Positions 31,507-45,055 of a DNA stretch of 64,000 bases are shown piece after piece. How positions within the stretch are numbered: position 1 is the first letter of the stretch; each line of letters starts with the position of its first letter. The DNA is from Nocardioides sp. (GTDB taxonomy: Bacteria; Actinomycetota; Actinomycetes; Propionibacteriales; Nocardioidaceae). The notes beneath the pieces were generated by a model. The model made no database searches, was not told where the DNA came from, and worked only from the letters and a program-made list of their open reading frames with translations. The stretch covers positions 8,238 to 72,237 of the forward strand of contig JBKJPE010000224.1 in the NCBI GenBank assembly GCA_046595185.1. The letters are read 5' to 3'. The position numbers and the translations under genes are program-made.

Positions 31507-32330
31507 GCGCGGCGACGGCGCTACCGACGGCGGTGCTCCTGGCTGCCGCCGCGGCCATGGTGCTGGTGCCGGGCGGGACCGCCTCGCACGTGCCCGGGCG
31601 CGGCCCGACCACGGGGGTGACCGGTGGTCGGGCCGTGGTCCTCGTGGGGGCCACGGCCACGGCCGCGGTGGTCGGGCTCGGGCCCGTCGGGGCGGGGCTG
31701 CTGCCACCACGCCGGCTCGCCCTGCTGCTCGTCGTGGTGGGTGGCGTGCTGGTCGCGGCACGGCTCGCCGCGGGCCGGCGCCGCCGGCGCGAGGCGGCCT
31801 CGACCCGGGCGCGGGTCCTGGGGGCGTGCGAGGAGCTGCGGGCCGAGCTGGTCGCGGGCCGTACCCCCGGTCAGGCCCTGGCCCGGGCCGCCGCGGAGTG
31901 GGCACCGCTCGGCCCGGTGGCCGAGACGGACCGGCTCGGCGGCGACGTGCCTGCCGCGCTGCGGGCCGTGGCCCGGTGCCCGGGGGCCCAGGACCTGGTG
32001 CCGGTGGCCGCCGCCTGGCACGTCGCCCACCGGACGGGCTCAGGGCTGGCCGATGCTCTGGGCCGGGTGGCCCAGGACCTGACGGCCCAGCGGTCACTGC
32101 TCCGCGTGGTCGAGGGTGAGCTGGCCTCGGCCCGGGCGACCGCGCGGCTGGTGGCCGGGCTGCCGCTGCTCTCGCTGCTGATGGGCACCGGGGCCGGCGG
32201 CGACCCGTGGGGATTCCTCCTCGACTCCGCGGCCGGGCTGGCCTGTCTCGCCCTCGGCGCGGGGCTGGGTGCGCTCGGTCTCGCCTGGATCGAGGCCATC
32301 GCCGCCGGTGTGGACCGGACGGGGCCGTGA
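31503..32330 (+). CDS. tadB: TadB-like membrane protein
   Basis: T2SSF-like AELVAG..P..AL and ELASARATARLVAGLP; operon position. Confidence 0.8.
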   Translation: MSAATALPTAVLLAAAAAMVLVPGGTASHVPGRGPTTGVTGGRAVVLVGATATAAVVGLGPVGAGLLPPRRLALLLVVVGGVLVAARLAAGRRRRREAASTRARVLGACEELRAELVAGRTPGQALARAAAEWAPLGPVAETDRLGGDVPAALRAVARCPGAQDLVPVAAAWHVAHRTGSGLADALGRVAQDLTAQRSLLRVVEGELASARATARLVAGLPLLSLLMGTGAGGDPWGFLLDSAAGLACLALGAGLGALGLAWIEAIAAGVDRTGP

Positions 32331-33091
32331 CCGTCCCGGCGCTCGGCCTGCTGGCCGCGGCCGCGGCCGCGCTCGCGGTGGTGCTGCTGCTGTCGACCGA
32401 GGGTGCGCACGGCCGCGCCACGGCGCGCCCGGAGCGTCCCGGTGGCGCTGCCGGACCGCGTGGCGTCGACCCCCGGCCCGCGGGCGACCGCGGGCCGCTG
32501 CTGCGGCACCGCGCGGTCCTGGCCCTGCTGGCCGGGGGCGGCACGCTCGCCGTCCTGGGCGGTGCCGCCGGGGTCGTGCTGGGCGTCGCCGCGGCGACGG
32601 GCTGCTGGTGGGCGGCCGGGCGGGCCGAGCCGGCCCGTCACCGCACCCGGCGCGAGGAGGTGCGCCGCCGTGCCCCGCACGTGGTCGCCCTCTTCGCCGC
32701 AGCCCTGCGCGCCGGGGCGGCCCCGGCGCCGGCGCTGGTGCTCGTCGCGGACGCGTTGCCCGGGCCGGCGACCGATCCCGTTCGTGCGGTGGCCGCGCGT
32801 CTCTCGCTGGGCACCGACCCCGTCGACGCCTGGCGCGGCCTGCTCGCCGAGCCCGGCATGGAGGCGTGGGGGCGGGCGATGGCGCGGGCGCACGAGACCG
32901 GTGCGTCGGTGGTCGAGGTCGTCGAGCGCCTCGCCGACGACCTGGCCGCCACGGCGCGGGTCGAGGTGGAGGACCGCGCCCGCACCGTCGGGGTGCGTGC
33001 CGCGCTCCCGCTCGGGCTCTGCCTGCTCCCGGCGTTCCTGCTGGTCGGCATCGTGCCCCTGGTCGCCGGCCTGCTCGGCTCGCTCTGGTAG
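32327..33091 (+). CDS. tadC: TadC-like membrane protein
   Basis: AALRAGA, LPLGLCLLPAFLLVGIVP. Confidence 0.82.
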   Translation: MTVPALGLLAAAAAALAVVLLLSTEGAHGRATARPERPGGAAGPRGVDPRPAGDRGPLLRHRAVLALLAGGGTLAVLGGAAGVVLGVAAATGCWWAAGRAEPARHRTRREEVRRRAPHVVALFAAALRAGAAPAPALVLVADALPGPATDPVRAVAARLSLGTDPVDAWRGLLAEPGMEAWGRAMARAHETGASVVEVVERLADDLAATARVEVEDRARTVGVRAALPLGLCLLPAFLLVGIVPLVAGLLGSLW

Positions 33092-33233
33092 CCGGCCGAT
33101 CCGCCTCCACAGGCGGTGCCCGGGTCGGCGCCGTCCCCAGGGCCGCGTCCGGTCGTCGCCGGCGGGACCGTCCGCGCGGCAGGTTCTGAGCAGACCGGGC
33201 CGCGCCGCGGCCCGCGAGACCCAGGGAGACCCG

Positions 33234-33428
33234 ATGACCGATCCGACGACCCGCACCCCCCGCCCCGGCCGTGACGAGCGGGGCATCACCACGGCCGAGT
33301 ACGCCGTCGGGACCGCTGCGGGCGCCGGCCTGGCCGGCCTGCTCTACGCCCTGCTGACCGGGGGCTTCGGCGAGCGGCTCCTGCGCACCCTCTTCGACCA
33401 CGTGCTGGGCCTGCTCGGGATCGGGTGA
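33234..33428 (+). CDS. DUF4244 Flp-like pilin
   Basis: DERG/ITTAEYAV prepilin motif plus hydrophobic helix. Confidence 0.88.
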   Translation: MTDPTTRTPRPGRDERGITTAEYAVGTAAGAGLAGLLYALLTGGFGERLLRTLFDHVLGLLGIG

Positions 33429-33814
33429 GGATGACCCCGCGCGGGGCCCCCGGCCGGCCGGGTGATCGTGGGGCCGTCACCGCCGAGGCCGCCCTGGTCC
33501 TACCGCTCCTGGTGGCCGTGACCGTCGCCCTGTGCTGGTTGCTGGCAGTCGGGGCGGCCCAGGTCCGCACCGTCGACGCGGCCCGGGAGGCCGCCCGCGC
33601 CGCCGCCCGCGGGGACGACCTGGGGGCCGCCCGCGACCTCGCGCTGCGCGTGGCTCCTGCCGGCGCGACGGTGGACGTCGTCCGGGGCGGGGAGGAGGTC
33701 GTGGTCACCGTCACCGGCCAGGTGGAGGGGCCCGGCCGTCTGGTGCCCTGGCTGCCGGGCGCCACGGTGGAGGCGCAGGCGGTCTCCCGGGTCGAGCCCG
33801 GGGTCGGCGGGTGA
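33425..33814 (+). CDS. TadE-family minor pilin
   Basis: DRG/AVTAEAALVLP, DAAREAARAAARG. Confidence 0.85.
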   Translation: MRMTPRGAPGRPGDRGAVTAEAALVLPLLVAVTVALCWLLAVGAAQVRTVDAAREAARAAARGDDLGAARDLALRVAPAGATVDVVRGGEEVVVTVTGQVEGPGRLVPWLPGATVEAQAVSRVEPGVGG

Positions 33815-34203
33815 CGCGGGGTGACCGGGGTGACCGGGGCGACCGGGGTGACCGGGGTGACCGGGGCGCGGCGACCGCGTACGCCGCGGTCGTCCTGGCG
33901 ACGGTCCTGCTCCTCGGCTGCGTCCTCGGGGTGGTGGCGGCGGTCGTCGTCGACCTGCGTCGGGCCCAGTCCGCAGCCGACCTGGCAGCGCTCGCGGGTG
34001 CGGTGGCCGCCGGCACGGGCGAGGACCCCTGCATGGCGGCCGGCGCGGTCGCGGTGTCCAACGGCGCCGGGCTGGTCGGCTGCAGGGTGACCGGGCGCGA
34101 GGTGGCGGTCGAGGTGCGGGTGGTCGGCCCGCGGTGGCTCGGACTGGCGGCGGACCCGACCGCGCGGGCGCGTGCCGGCCCGGCCACCGCGACCCTCGCG
34201 TGA
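33811..34203 (+). CDS. Rv3654c-family TadE-like protein
   Basis: DRG/AAT, AQSAADLAALAGA, C..A..VA..NGA, ARARAGP. Confidence 0.85.
   Translation: MTRGDRGDRGDRGDRGDRGAATAYAAVVLATVLLLGCVLGVVAAVVVDLRRAQSAADLAALAGAVAAGTGEDPCMAAGAVAVSNGAGLVGCRVTGREVAVEVRVVGPRWLGLAADPTARARAGPATATLA
33817..33867. repeat. 9-bp tandem repeat x5 encoding (RGD)5
   Basis: cgggg(t/c)gac units. Confidence 0.85.
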
Positions 34204-34208
34204 CCTGG

Positions 34209-36587
34209 TCAGGCCAGGGCGTCGCCCGGCTCGCCCGGGGTGGGGTCGGGGGTCGCGTCGGCCAGCAGCACGTCGAGCAGCCGGAGCGCGCCGTCCTTGT
34301 CGAGCGGGTTGTTCTGGTTGCCGCACTTGGGTGACTGGACGCACGAGGGGCACCCCTCCAGGCACTCGCAGCCGGCGATGGCCGCCCGCGTCGCGCCCAG
34401 CCAGGCGCGTGCCGAGGCGTAGCCCCGCTCGGCGAACCCGGCGCCGCCCGGGTGGCCGTCGTGGACGAAGACCGTCAGCAGCCCCGTGTCGGGGTGCCGC
34501 GCCGTGGACACGCCGCCGATGTCCCACCGGTCGCAGGTCGCGAAGAGCGGCAGCAGGCCGATGGAGCAGTGCTCGGCGGCGTGGGCGGCGCCGGGCAGGT
34601 CGGCGGTCGCGAGGCCGCCCTGGGCCAGCACCTCGTCGGGCACCGTCCACCACACCGCCGAGGTGCGCAGGCGCCGCTCCGGCAGGTCCAGCTGTTCCTC
34701 TCCCAGCACCTCCCCGCCGGGGACGCGACGGCGCAGGAAGGCGACGACCTGGTGGGCGACGTCGACCTCGCCGACCGACAACCGGCACGCCCCCCACCAC
34801 CGGTGGGCGCGTTCGGTGACGACCGTGATGTCGGTGAGCTCGCGCGCCGAGGTGGAGTAGTCCACGGGGGTGCGCCTCATCGTCGCGACGTGCTCGTCGA
34901 GGTCGAGGTCCTCGACCAGCCACGTCTCGCCGCGGTGGACGTAGACCGCGCCCGCGTGGGCGTCGCCGTGCGCACGCCCGCCGTCGACGGTGCCGACCAC
35001 CCGGCCGGTGCCGGCCTCCACCAGGGAGACGGCGGCGCCGCCGGCGGAGCGGATGTCGACGAGGTCGCCGGGGCGTCGCCGGTCGGTCCAGAACCAACCC
35101 CGCGGGCGACGGCGCAGGAGGCCCGCGGTGACCAGCCGGGCCAGCACGTCGCCGGCCGCGGGACCGAACAGCGTGAGGTCCTCGGTGGTCAGGGGGAGCT
35201 CGGCCGCGGCCGCGCAGAGGTGGGGGCCGAGCACGTGGGGGTTGTCGGGGTCGAAGACCGACGCCTCGACGGGGCGCCCGAGCAGGGCCTCGGGGTGGTG
35301 CACCAGGTAGGTGTCGAGCGGGTCGTCGCGGGCGACCAGCACGCCCAGCGACTCCTGCCCGCCCCGGCCGGCCCGGCCGAGCTGCTGCCACAGGGCGGCC
35401 CGGGTGCCGGGGAAGCCGGCCATCAGCACGGCGTCGAGGCCGCTGACGTCGATGCCGAGCTCGAGGGCGTTGGTCGCCGCGAGCCCGCGCAGGTCACCGC
35501 GACGCAGCGCCTGCTCGATCTCGCGCCGCTCCTCGGGCAGGTAGCCGCCGCGGTAGGCCGCCACCGTGCCCGGCAGCGCCGGGTCGACCTCGGCGAGCAG
35601 GCCCGCGGTGGTCATCGCGACGTGCTCGACACCGCGCCGGGAGCGTACGAACGCCAGTGTCCGCACGTCGGCGAGGACGAGGTCGGTCAGCAGGTCGGCG
35701 ACCTCGGAGGACGCCGCGCGGCGCACGGGCGCCCCGTTCTCGCCGCCGCCCGCGGTCAGGGGCGGCTCCCACAGGGCCAGCGACACCTCGCCGCGCGGCG
35801 ACGCGTCGTCGGTGACCGCGGTGACCGGCAGCCCGGTCAGCCGGCGCGCCGCGACCTCGGGCTCCGCCACGGTGGCCGAGGCCAGCACGAAGGTCGGGGA
35901 GGCGCCGTAGCGCGCGCAGATGCGTCGCAGCCGCCGCAGCACCTGCGCGACGTGGGCGCCGAACACGCCGCGGTAGTGGTGGCACTCGTCGACCACGACG
36001 TAGCGCAGGGCCCCGAGGAAGCGGGCCCACCGCTCGTGGCCCGGCAGCATCGAGCGGTGCAGCATGTCCGGGTTGGTCAGGACGTACTCCGCGTGGGCCC
36101 GCGCCCACTCGCGCTGCTCCGGGGGGCTGTCACCGTCGTGGGTGGTCACCCGCACCCCGAGGTCCAAGGAGTCCAGCGCGGCCAGCTGGTCCTGGGCCAG
36201 GGCCTTGGTGGGGGCCAGGTAGAGGGCGGTGGCCCCGCGTTGCTGCCGCGGCCCCCGCGCGGCCAGCACGGCGGACAGTGCCGGCAGCTGGTAGGCCAGC
36301 GACTTGCCGGAGGCGGTGCCGGTCGAGAGGACGACGTGTCCGCCCTGGTGGGCCGTCTCGGCCGCCGCCACCTGGTGGGCCCAGGGGGTGGTGACGCCGC
36401 GGGCCCCGAAGGCGGCCACCACCTCGGGCGGGGCCCAGGTCGGCCAGGGCGCGTGCCGCGCGGCACGCGGGGCGAGGGTCTCGAGGTGGGTCAGCCGCTC
36501 CGCGCGGCCCGGGAGCGCCACGAGCCGCTCGAGGGCCGCCCGCCCGCGCGGCGGCGCCACGGTCGGGACGGCAGGGGACACGGACAC
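34209..36587 (-). CDS. DEAH-box helicase with DUF1998 (SftH/Hrq/MrfA-like)
   Basis: [24 protein letters not shown]-terminal CxC..GCPSC; start moved to GTG 36587. Confidence 0.92.
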   Translation of the reverse strand: MSVSPAVPTVAPPRGRAALERLVALPGRAERLTHLETLAPRAARHAPWPTWAPPEVVAAFGARGVTTPWAHQVAAAETAHQGGHVVLSTGTASGKSLAYQLPALSAVLAARGPRQQRGATALYLAPTKALAQDQLAALDSLDLGVRVTTHDGDSPPEQREWARAHAEYVLTNPDMLHRSMLPGHERWARFLGALRYVVVDECHHYRGVFGAHVAQVLRRLRRICARYGASPTFVLASATVAEPEVAARRLTGLPVTAVTDDASPRGEVSLALWEPPLTAGGGENGAPVRRAASSEVADLLTDLVLADVRTLAFVRSRRGVEHVAMTTAGLLAEVDPALPGTVAAYRGGYLPEERREIEQALRRGDLRGLAATNALELGIDVSGLDAVLMAGFPGTRAALWQQLGRAGRGGQESLGVLVARDDPLDTYLVHHPEALLGRPVEASVFDPDNPHVLGPHLCAAAAELPLTTEDLTLFGPAAGDVLARLVTAGLLRRRPRGWFWTDRRRPGDLVDIRSAGGAAVSLVEAGTGRVVGTVDGGRAHGDAHAGAVYVHRGETWLVEDLDLDEHVATMRRTPVDYSTSARELTDITVVTERAHRWWGACRLSVGEVDVAHQVVAFLRRRVPGGEVLGEEQLDLPERRLRTSAVWWTVPDEVLAQGGLATADLPGAAHAAEHCSIGLLPLFATCDRWDIGGVSTARHPDTGLLTVFVHDGHPGGAGFAERGYASARAWLGATRAAIAGCECLEGCPSCVQSPKCGNQNNPLDKDGALRLLDVLLADATPDPTPGEPGDALA

Positions 36588-36752
36588 CCCACCAGTGTGA
36601 CAACCGCCGCCGACACCGTCAGCCGGCCGCACGCCCTCCGGGCCGCCCACCGGGGCCCGCCCGCAGGTGCTGCAGGCTCCGGACGACCGTGGTTTCATAT
36701 GCGGTGCCGCGCCACGCGGTACCGCAGCGGCGGGATCGACCAAGGGAGCCCC

Positions 36753-37091
36753 GTGGACCTCAGCCTGGAGACACGTCAGGTGGGCGTACGCACCGTCGTC
36801 GAGGTTGGCGGCGAGATCGACGTCTACACCGCCCCCAAGCTGCGCGACACGATCTCCGAGCTGGTCGCCGCCGGGCGCTACCACCTCGTCGTCGACATGC
36901 AGGCCGTCGAGTTCCTCGACTCCACCGGCCTGGGCGTGCTCGTCGGCGGCCTGAAGAAGGTCCGCGCCCACGACGGGTCGCTGGAGCTGGTGTGCCACCA
37001 GGACCGGCTGTTGAAGATCTTCCGGATCACCGGGCTGGCCAAGGTGTTCGTCATCCATGCCGACACCGAGCAGGCCCTCTCCGCCGGCTGA
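36753..37091 (+). CDS. bldG: STAS anti-sigma factor antagonist (BldG/RsbV)
   Basis: [23 protein letters not shown]; divergent from the helicase. Confidence 0.9.
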   Translation: MDLSLETRQVGVRTVVEVGGEIDVYTAPKLRDTISELVAAGRYHLVVDMQAVEFLDSTGLGVLVGGLKKVRAHDGSLELVCHQDRLLKIFRITGLAKVFVIHADTEQALSAG

Positions 37092-37241
37092 CCGTCCGGG
37101 CCCCGTCGACGGCCCCGTCGACGGCCTGCCGCGCCCGGCGCGGGGTCCGGTGACGCGGGGTCCTGACGTGCGTACACTCCGGCGTGTCAGTGACCTGGAC
37201 CACGCGACCAGGTCCGGGTCGCACGCCACGCAGGAGGACGC

Positions 37242-39605
37242 ATGCTCCGGATCCACCCCGCCGTCGTCGAGGTCACCGGCGGCAACCTGGTCTGGGTGCT
37301 GCTCGTCCTGCTGATCGGGTGCGGCTCGCTGGCGATGGCGTGGATGTTCCGCCAGGAGGTCCTCCGTGCCCCGGAGGGCACCGAGAACATGCGCACCATC
37401 GCCCTGGCGGTGCAGGAGGGCGCGAACGCCTACCTGCAGCGCCAGTTCCGCACGCTCGCGGTGTTCGCGGCGATCGCGTTCGTGCTGCTGCTGTTCCTGC
37501 CGGCCGACGACACGGTGGTCCGGATCTTCCGCTCGGTCTTCTTCCTGGTGGGGGCCGCCTTCTCCGCCGCGATCGGCTACCTCGGGATGTCCCTGGCCGT
37601 GCGCGCCAACCTGCGGGTGGCCGCCGCGGCGCAGGACCAGGGCCGTGACCCGGCCATGCACATCGGCTTCCGCACCGGCGCGTTCGTCGGCATGGGCACC
37701 GTCGGCCTCGGTCTGCTGGGCGCCTCGCTGGTGGTGCTGCTCTTCCAGGACTCCGCACCTGACGTGCTGGAGGGCTTCGGCTTCGGCGCCGCGCTGCTGG
37801 CGATGTTCATGCGGGTGGGCGGCGGCATCTTCACCAAGGCAGCCGACGTCGGCGCCGACCTCGTGGGCAAGGTCGAGAACAACATCCCCGAGGACGACCC
37901 CCGCAACGCCGCCACGATCGCCGACAACGTGGGCGACAACGTGGGCGACTGCGCCGGGATGGCAGCCGACCTGTTCGAGTCCTACGCGGTCACCCTGGTC
38001 GCCGCGCTCATCCTCGGCTCGCAGGCCTTCGGCAACGCCGGTCTGGTCTACCCGCTGCTCATCCCCGGCATCGGCGCGCTGACGGCGGTCGCCGGGATCT
38101 ACCTGTGCAAACCCCGCCCGGGGGAGAACGGCCTGACCACCATCAACCGGGCCTTCTACCTCTCCGCGGGCATCGCCGCGATCGGCTCGGTCGCGCTGTC
38201 CTTCCTCTACCTGCCCACCAGCTTCGCCGACCTCGACGGCGCCGAGACCAGCCCGCTGGACCTGCTCGCCGGATTCAACCCCCCCACCGGCAACCCGGCG
38301 CTGATCGCCTCGGTCGCGGTGCTGATCGGGATCGTGCTGGCCGCGGTGATCCTGGCCCTGACCGGCTACTTCACCGGCACCGACTTCAAGCCCGTGAAGG
38401 ACGTCGGGCGCACCTCGATCACCGGTGCGGCCACGGTCATCCTCTCGGGTCTCTCGGTCGGTTTCGAGTCGGCGGTCTACACCACGCTGGTCATCGGCGC
38501 CGCCGTGTACGGCGCGTTCCTGCTGGGCGGTGGCTCGCTGTCGATCGCGCTCTTCGCGGTGGCCCTGGCCGGCTGCGGGCTGCTGACCACCGTCGGGGTC
38601 ATCGTGGCCATGGACACCTTCGGCCCGGTCTCCGACAACGCCCAGGGCATCGCCGAGATGTCGGGGGACGTCAGTCCCGAGGGCGCCCAGATCCTCACCG
38701 AGCTCGACGCGGTCGGCAACACGACCAAGGCGATCACCAAGGGCATCGCCATCGCCACCGCGGTGCTGGCGGCCTCGGCCCTCTTCGGCTCCTACATCGG
38801 CACCGTGCTGGAGTCGCTGGAGGACGTCGTCCCTGCCGAGGACGACGTGCTGACCTTCTTCGTCTTCAGCCCTGACGTCCTGGTCGGGATGCTGCTCGGC
38901 GTCTCGGTGGTCTTCCTCTTCTCCGGGCTCGCCATCAACGCGGTCGGACGGGCCGCCGGCGCGGTCGTGATGGAGGTACGTCGCCAGTTCCGCGAGATCC
39001 CCGGGATCATGGAGGGCACCGGCCGTCCCGAGTACGGGCGCGTGGTCGACATCGTGACCCGCGACTCCCTGCGCGAGCTGGCCACGCCCGGCATCCTGGC
39101 CATCCTCGCCCCGATCGCGGTCGGCTTCGGCCTGGGCGTCGGGCCGCTCGCCGGCTTCCTGGCCGGGGCGGTCGCCTCCGGCACCCTGATGGCGGTCTTC
39201 CTCGCCAACGCCGGCGGGGCGTGGGACAACGCCAAGAAGCTCGTCGAGGACGGCCACCACGGTGGGAAGGGCTCACCGGCCCACGAGGCCACCATCATCG
39301 GCGACACGGTCGGCGACCCGTTCAAGGACACCGCCGGTCCGGCGATCAACCCCTTGCTCAAGGTGATGAACCTGGTGTCGCTGCTGATCGTGGGCGCCAT
39401 CGTGTCCCTGACCCTCGGCGAGGACGCCAACCGTGGCATCTCGACCACCATCGGCGTGGTCGCCGCCGTGGGCATCGTGGTGGCGGTGGTGCTGTCCAAG
39501 CGTCGCTCCACGGTGATCGGCGACGACACCGGCCCGTCCTCACCGCCGCCCCCGGCGACCGGCTCGGGCGACCCGTCGCCCACCCAGCCGCTCAGCACGC
39601 CGTAG
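37242..39605 (+). CDS. hppA: Membrane pyrophosphatase, K+-independent H+-pumping type
   Basis: GGIFTKAADVGADLVGKVE, DNVGDNVGD; GNTTKA carries the Lys signature. Confidence 0.94.
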   Translation: MLRIHPAVVEVTGGNLVWVLLVLLIGCGSLAMAWMFRQEVLRAPEGTENMRTIALAVQEGANAYLQRQFRTLAVFAAIAFVLLLFLPADDTVVRIFRSVFFLVGAAFSAAIGYLGMSLAVRANLRVAAAAQDQGRDPAMHIGFRTGAFVGMGTVGLGLLGASLVVLLFQDSAPDVLEGFGFGAALLAMFMRVGGGIFTKAADVGADLVGKVENNIPEDDPRNAATIADNVGDNVGDCAGMAADLFESYAVTLVAALILGSQAFGNAGLVYPLLIPGIGALTAVAGIYLCKPRPGENGLTTINRAFYLSAGIAAIGSVALSFLYLPTSFADLDGAETSPLDLLAGFNPPTGNPALIASVAVLIGIVLAAVILALTGYFTGTDFKPVKDVGRTSITGAATVILSGLSVGFESAVYTTLVIGAAVYGAFLLGGGSLSIALFAVALAGCGLLTTVGVIVAMDTFGPVSDNAQGIAEMSGDVSPEGAQILTELDAVGNTTKAITKGIAIATAVLAASALFGSYIGTVLESLEDVVPAEDDVLTFFVFSPDVLVGMLLGVSVVFLFSGLAINAVGRAAGAVVMEVRRQFREIPGIMEGTGRPEYGRVVDIVTRDSLRELATPGILAILAPIAVGFGLGVGPLAGFLAGAVASGTLMAVFLANAGGAWDNAKKLVEDGHHGGKGSPAHEATIIGDTVGDPFKDTAGPAINPLLKVMNLVSLLIVGAIVSLTLGEDANRGISTTIGVVAAVGIVVAVVLSKRRSTVIGDDTGPSSPPPPATGSGDPSPTQPLSTP

Positions 39606-39645
39606 CGCGTCGCGGGGACCTGCCGGGCGGTGGCATGCTCGGACC

Positions 39646-40452
39646 GTGGGTGAGGTGGAGCGGGTCGCGGTGGTCTCCGACGCGCACGGCAACCTCGGCG
39701 CCCTCGAGGCGGTGCTGGCCGACGTGCGGGCCCGCGGCATCACCCGGGTGCTGGGCCTCGGCGACCACGTCGGCAAGGGCCCCCGCGGCCGGGAGGTCGT
39801 CGACCTGGTCCGCGAGCACTGCGAGGTCAACGTCCTCGGCAACTGGGACGACTTCCTGCCCGACCCGGACCGGACCTACGACGACGACGCACTGGCCTGG
39901 TGGCTGGCCCAGCTCGGTCCGGGGCAGGGGGAGTGGTTGCGCGCGCAGCCCTTCTGCCACGACCTCCTGCTCAGCGGCCGCCGGGTCCGGCTGATGCACG
40001 CCTCGGCACACAGCGTCCACCGCCGGGTCCGCTACGTCCACGACGAGGCGGAGTTCCTGGGCCAGTTCGCGACGACCGGGGCGACGCGTGCGGCGGTCGG
40101 GGACGTGCCCGCCCCCGACGTCGTCGTCTTCGGCGACAGCCACGACCCGTTCTACGAGACGCAGTTCGCCCGGACCCTGGTCAACGCCGGCAGCGTCGGC
40201 AACTGCGTCTACGACCCCACGCCGGTCTACGTCGTGCTCGAGGGCGTGGTCGACGCGCCGGCTCCGGCGCCGTTCGGGATCTCCTTCGTCCGGGTCCCCT
40301 ACGACGTCGAGGCCGAGCTGGCCCACGCCCGCGCCGTCGCGATGCCGGCGTACGACGGGTGGGCGGCCGAGCTGCGCCACGGCGTCTACCGCGGGGTGGC
40401 CGAGTCCTGGCGCGCCGGCACGTGGTCCACCGACGCCTACCACCACCGCTGA
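39646..40452 (+). CDS. Metallophosphoesterase (YfcE-like)
   Basis: SDAHGN, LGDHVG, GNWD, NAGSVG. Confidence 0.88.
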   Translation: MGEVERVAVVSDAHGNLGALEAVLADVRARGITRVLGLGDHVGKGPRGREVVDLVREHCEVNVLGNWDDFLPDPDRTYDDDALAWWLAQLGPGQGEWLRAQPFCHDLLLSGRRVRLMHASAHSVHRRVRYVHDEAEFLGQFATTGATRAAVGDVPAPDVVVFGDSHDPFYETQFARTLVNAGSVGNCVYDPTPVYVVLEGVVDAPAPAPFGISFVRVPYDVEAELAHARAVAMPAYDGWAAELRHGVYRGVAESWRAGTWSTDAYHHR

Positions 40453-40497
40453 CCCGGCACCGCCGACCCCGGCCCGGTGGTCGGGCAGGATGCTCGG

Positions 40498-42024
40498 GTG
40501 ACCGACCTTCCGCACCGCCTGCGCGAGGCGCTGCTCGCCGCCGACTTCGACTACGAGACGGTCGCTGAGCTCCTCGGCCCGCTCGGGCACGCCGCGCTGG
40601 GCCGCAACGAGACCACGCCCGGGATGATGGCCACCCGGGGCGCCACGCCGGTCGAGACGCTCATCCGGCTCTTCCTGCTCCAGACCGCGGTGCCGACCGC
40701 CGCCGCGGAGGCGGCCCTGCCCGGGTTGGTCGACCGGCTCGCGGTCGAGGGGGTGCTCGAGCAGTCCGTGGGGGAGGTCGGCGCCCGGCTGGACGTGCGG
40801 CCGTACGCCTCCGAGGACGACGCCTTCTGGGTGGTCAGCGACCTCACGCCCGGGCTCGACGGGCTGGCGCAGCGGGTGGGCGCCGACCACGTGCTCGGGA
40901 TCAGCGCCGCCTCGACGTCGCTGGCGCAGCTGACCCTGCGCGAGGAGGTCGGCAGCGCGCTCGACCTCGGCACGGGCTGCGGCGTCCAGGCCCTCCACCT
41001 GGCCCGGCACAGCCGCCGCGTCGTGGCGACCGACGTCAACCGACGGGCGCTGCGGATCGCCCGGCTCAACGTCGCCCTCAACGACGTGGAGGACCGGGTC
41101 GAGATCCGCGACGGCTCCTACTTCGAGCCCGTGGCCGGCGAGCGCTTCGACCTGGTCGCCACCAACCCGCCGTTCGTGATCTCCCCGACGACCCTGCGGG
41201 ACGGCTCGTCCTTCGCCTCCTCGGGGACCGCCGGTGCGCGGCTGGTCTACCGCGACTCCGGGCTGCCCGGGGACCGGGTCGTGGAGGACATCGTCCGCGC
41301 CGCGCCCGGTCACCTCGCCCCCGACGGCTGGTGCCAGGTCCTGGCCAACTGGGTCGTGACGCGCGACCAGGCCTGGGACGAGCGGCTCGCCGGCTGGCTC
41401 GACCCCGGGTGCGACGCCCTCGTGGTGCAGCGCGAGGTGCTCGACCCGGCCGCCTACGTGGAGCTGTGGCTCAAGGACGAGGGCACCCACCCGGCCACCA
41501 GCGGCGGCGACCCGGCCTCGGCCGCGGCCTACCGCCGGCGCTACGACACCTGGCTGTCGTGGTTCGACGAGCAGGGCGTCGAGGGCGTCGGCTTCGGGTG
41601 GGTCAACCTCCACCGGCGCCCCGAGGGTGCCGGCACGGGCCCGGCGGTGCGCTCCCTGCTCGACTGGCCCTACGACCTCGAGCAGCCGATCGCCCCCGCG
41701 ATCGCGTCCTGGGGCCGCGCCGTGCGCCGCCGGGTCGGGGCCGAGGACCACCTCGTCGCGCGGGCCGACGTACGCCAGGAGACCGTCGGCGCGCCCGGGG
41801 CCGAGGACCCCGAGGTGATCGTGCTGCGCCAGCAGCTGGGCTTCCGCCGCGCCCGGCAGGTCGACACCGTCGAGGCCGCCCTGGTCGGGGCCTGCGACGG
41901 CGACCTGAGCGTGGGTCAGGTGCTGGACGCCCTGGCCGTGCTCACCGACCGCGAGCCCGAGGACCTGCGGGCGCGCTACCTGCCGGTCGTGGGCGACCTG
42001 GTGGCCGAGGGCTTCCTGACCTGA
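40498..42024 (+). CDS. SAM-dependent methyltransferase (HemK/MTS-like)
   Basis: ALDLGTGCG, NPPF. Confidence 0.85.
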   Translation: MTDLPHRLREALLAADFDYETVAELLGPLGHAALGRNETTPGMMATRGATPVETLIRLFLLQTAVPTAAAEAALPGLVDRLAVEGVLEQSVGEVGARLDVRPYASEDDAFWVVSDLTPGLDGLAQRVGADHVLGISAASTSLAQLTLREEVGSALDLGTGCGVQALHLARHSRRVVATDVNRRALRIARLNVALNDVEDRVEIRDGSYFEPVAGERFDLVATNPPFVISPTTLRDGSSFASSGTAGARLVYRDSGLPGDRVVEDIVRAAPGHLAPDGWCQVLANWVVTRDQAWDERLAGWLDPGCDALVVQREVLDPAAYVELWLKDEGTHPATSGGDPASAAAYRRRYDTWLSWFDEQGVEGVGFGWVNLHRRPEGAGTGPAVRSLLDWPYDLEQPIAPAIASWGRAVRRRVGAEDHLVARADVRQETVGAPGAEDPEVIVLRQQLGFRRARQVDTVEAALVGACDGDLSVGQVLDALAVLTDREPEDLRARYLPVVGDLVAEGFLT

Positions 42025-42144
42025 GCCGGGGCGGTGAGCGGCGGCCCGGTGCCGTACGGCGGGCGGGGTGACCGCCACGCGCTACCGTGACGGCCGGGCG
42101 CCGGTGAGCGGTGCCCACCCCCTCCGCGAAGGAATGACGCCCCC

Positions 42145-44865
<2,721 letters not shown>

Positions 44866-44948
44866 CCGCGGGGCGGGGGGCGGTGCGCCGTCCGCCGCAC
44901 TGTCCCACCTGCCCCAGGAACCCCCGCCCGGGCGCTGGTTCCCAGGGC

Positions 44949-44972
44949 CGGTGGGGTCTGCGAACCCCACCG
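44949..44972 (+). terminator. Hairpin downstream of topA
   Basis: cggtggggt-ctgcga-accccaccg, no U-tract. Confidence 0.45.
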
Positions 44973-45055
44973 ACCCCGAGGGACGCCCACCCGGCCCGGC
45001 CGACCTCACCGCCCACGACGGGCCGTCGTCGGCACCGCCCCGTAGGTTCTGGGGC

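Noticed and set aside
33817-33867. (RGD)5 as an integrin-binding adhesin
   Set aside because: Lies in the predicted cytoplasmic leader removed on pilin processing
37189-37204. AGTGA-CCTGGA-CCACG upstream of hppA as a CRP box
   Set aside because: Three mismatches to consensus, one in the TCAC core; too weak to call
36588-39260. Apparent 1683-aa helicase fusion
   Set aside because: The extension is antisense to bldG and hppA; helicase sequence begins near 36587
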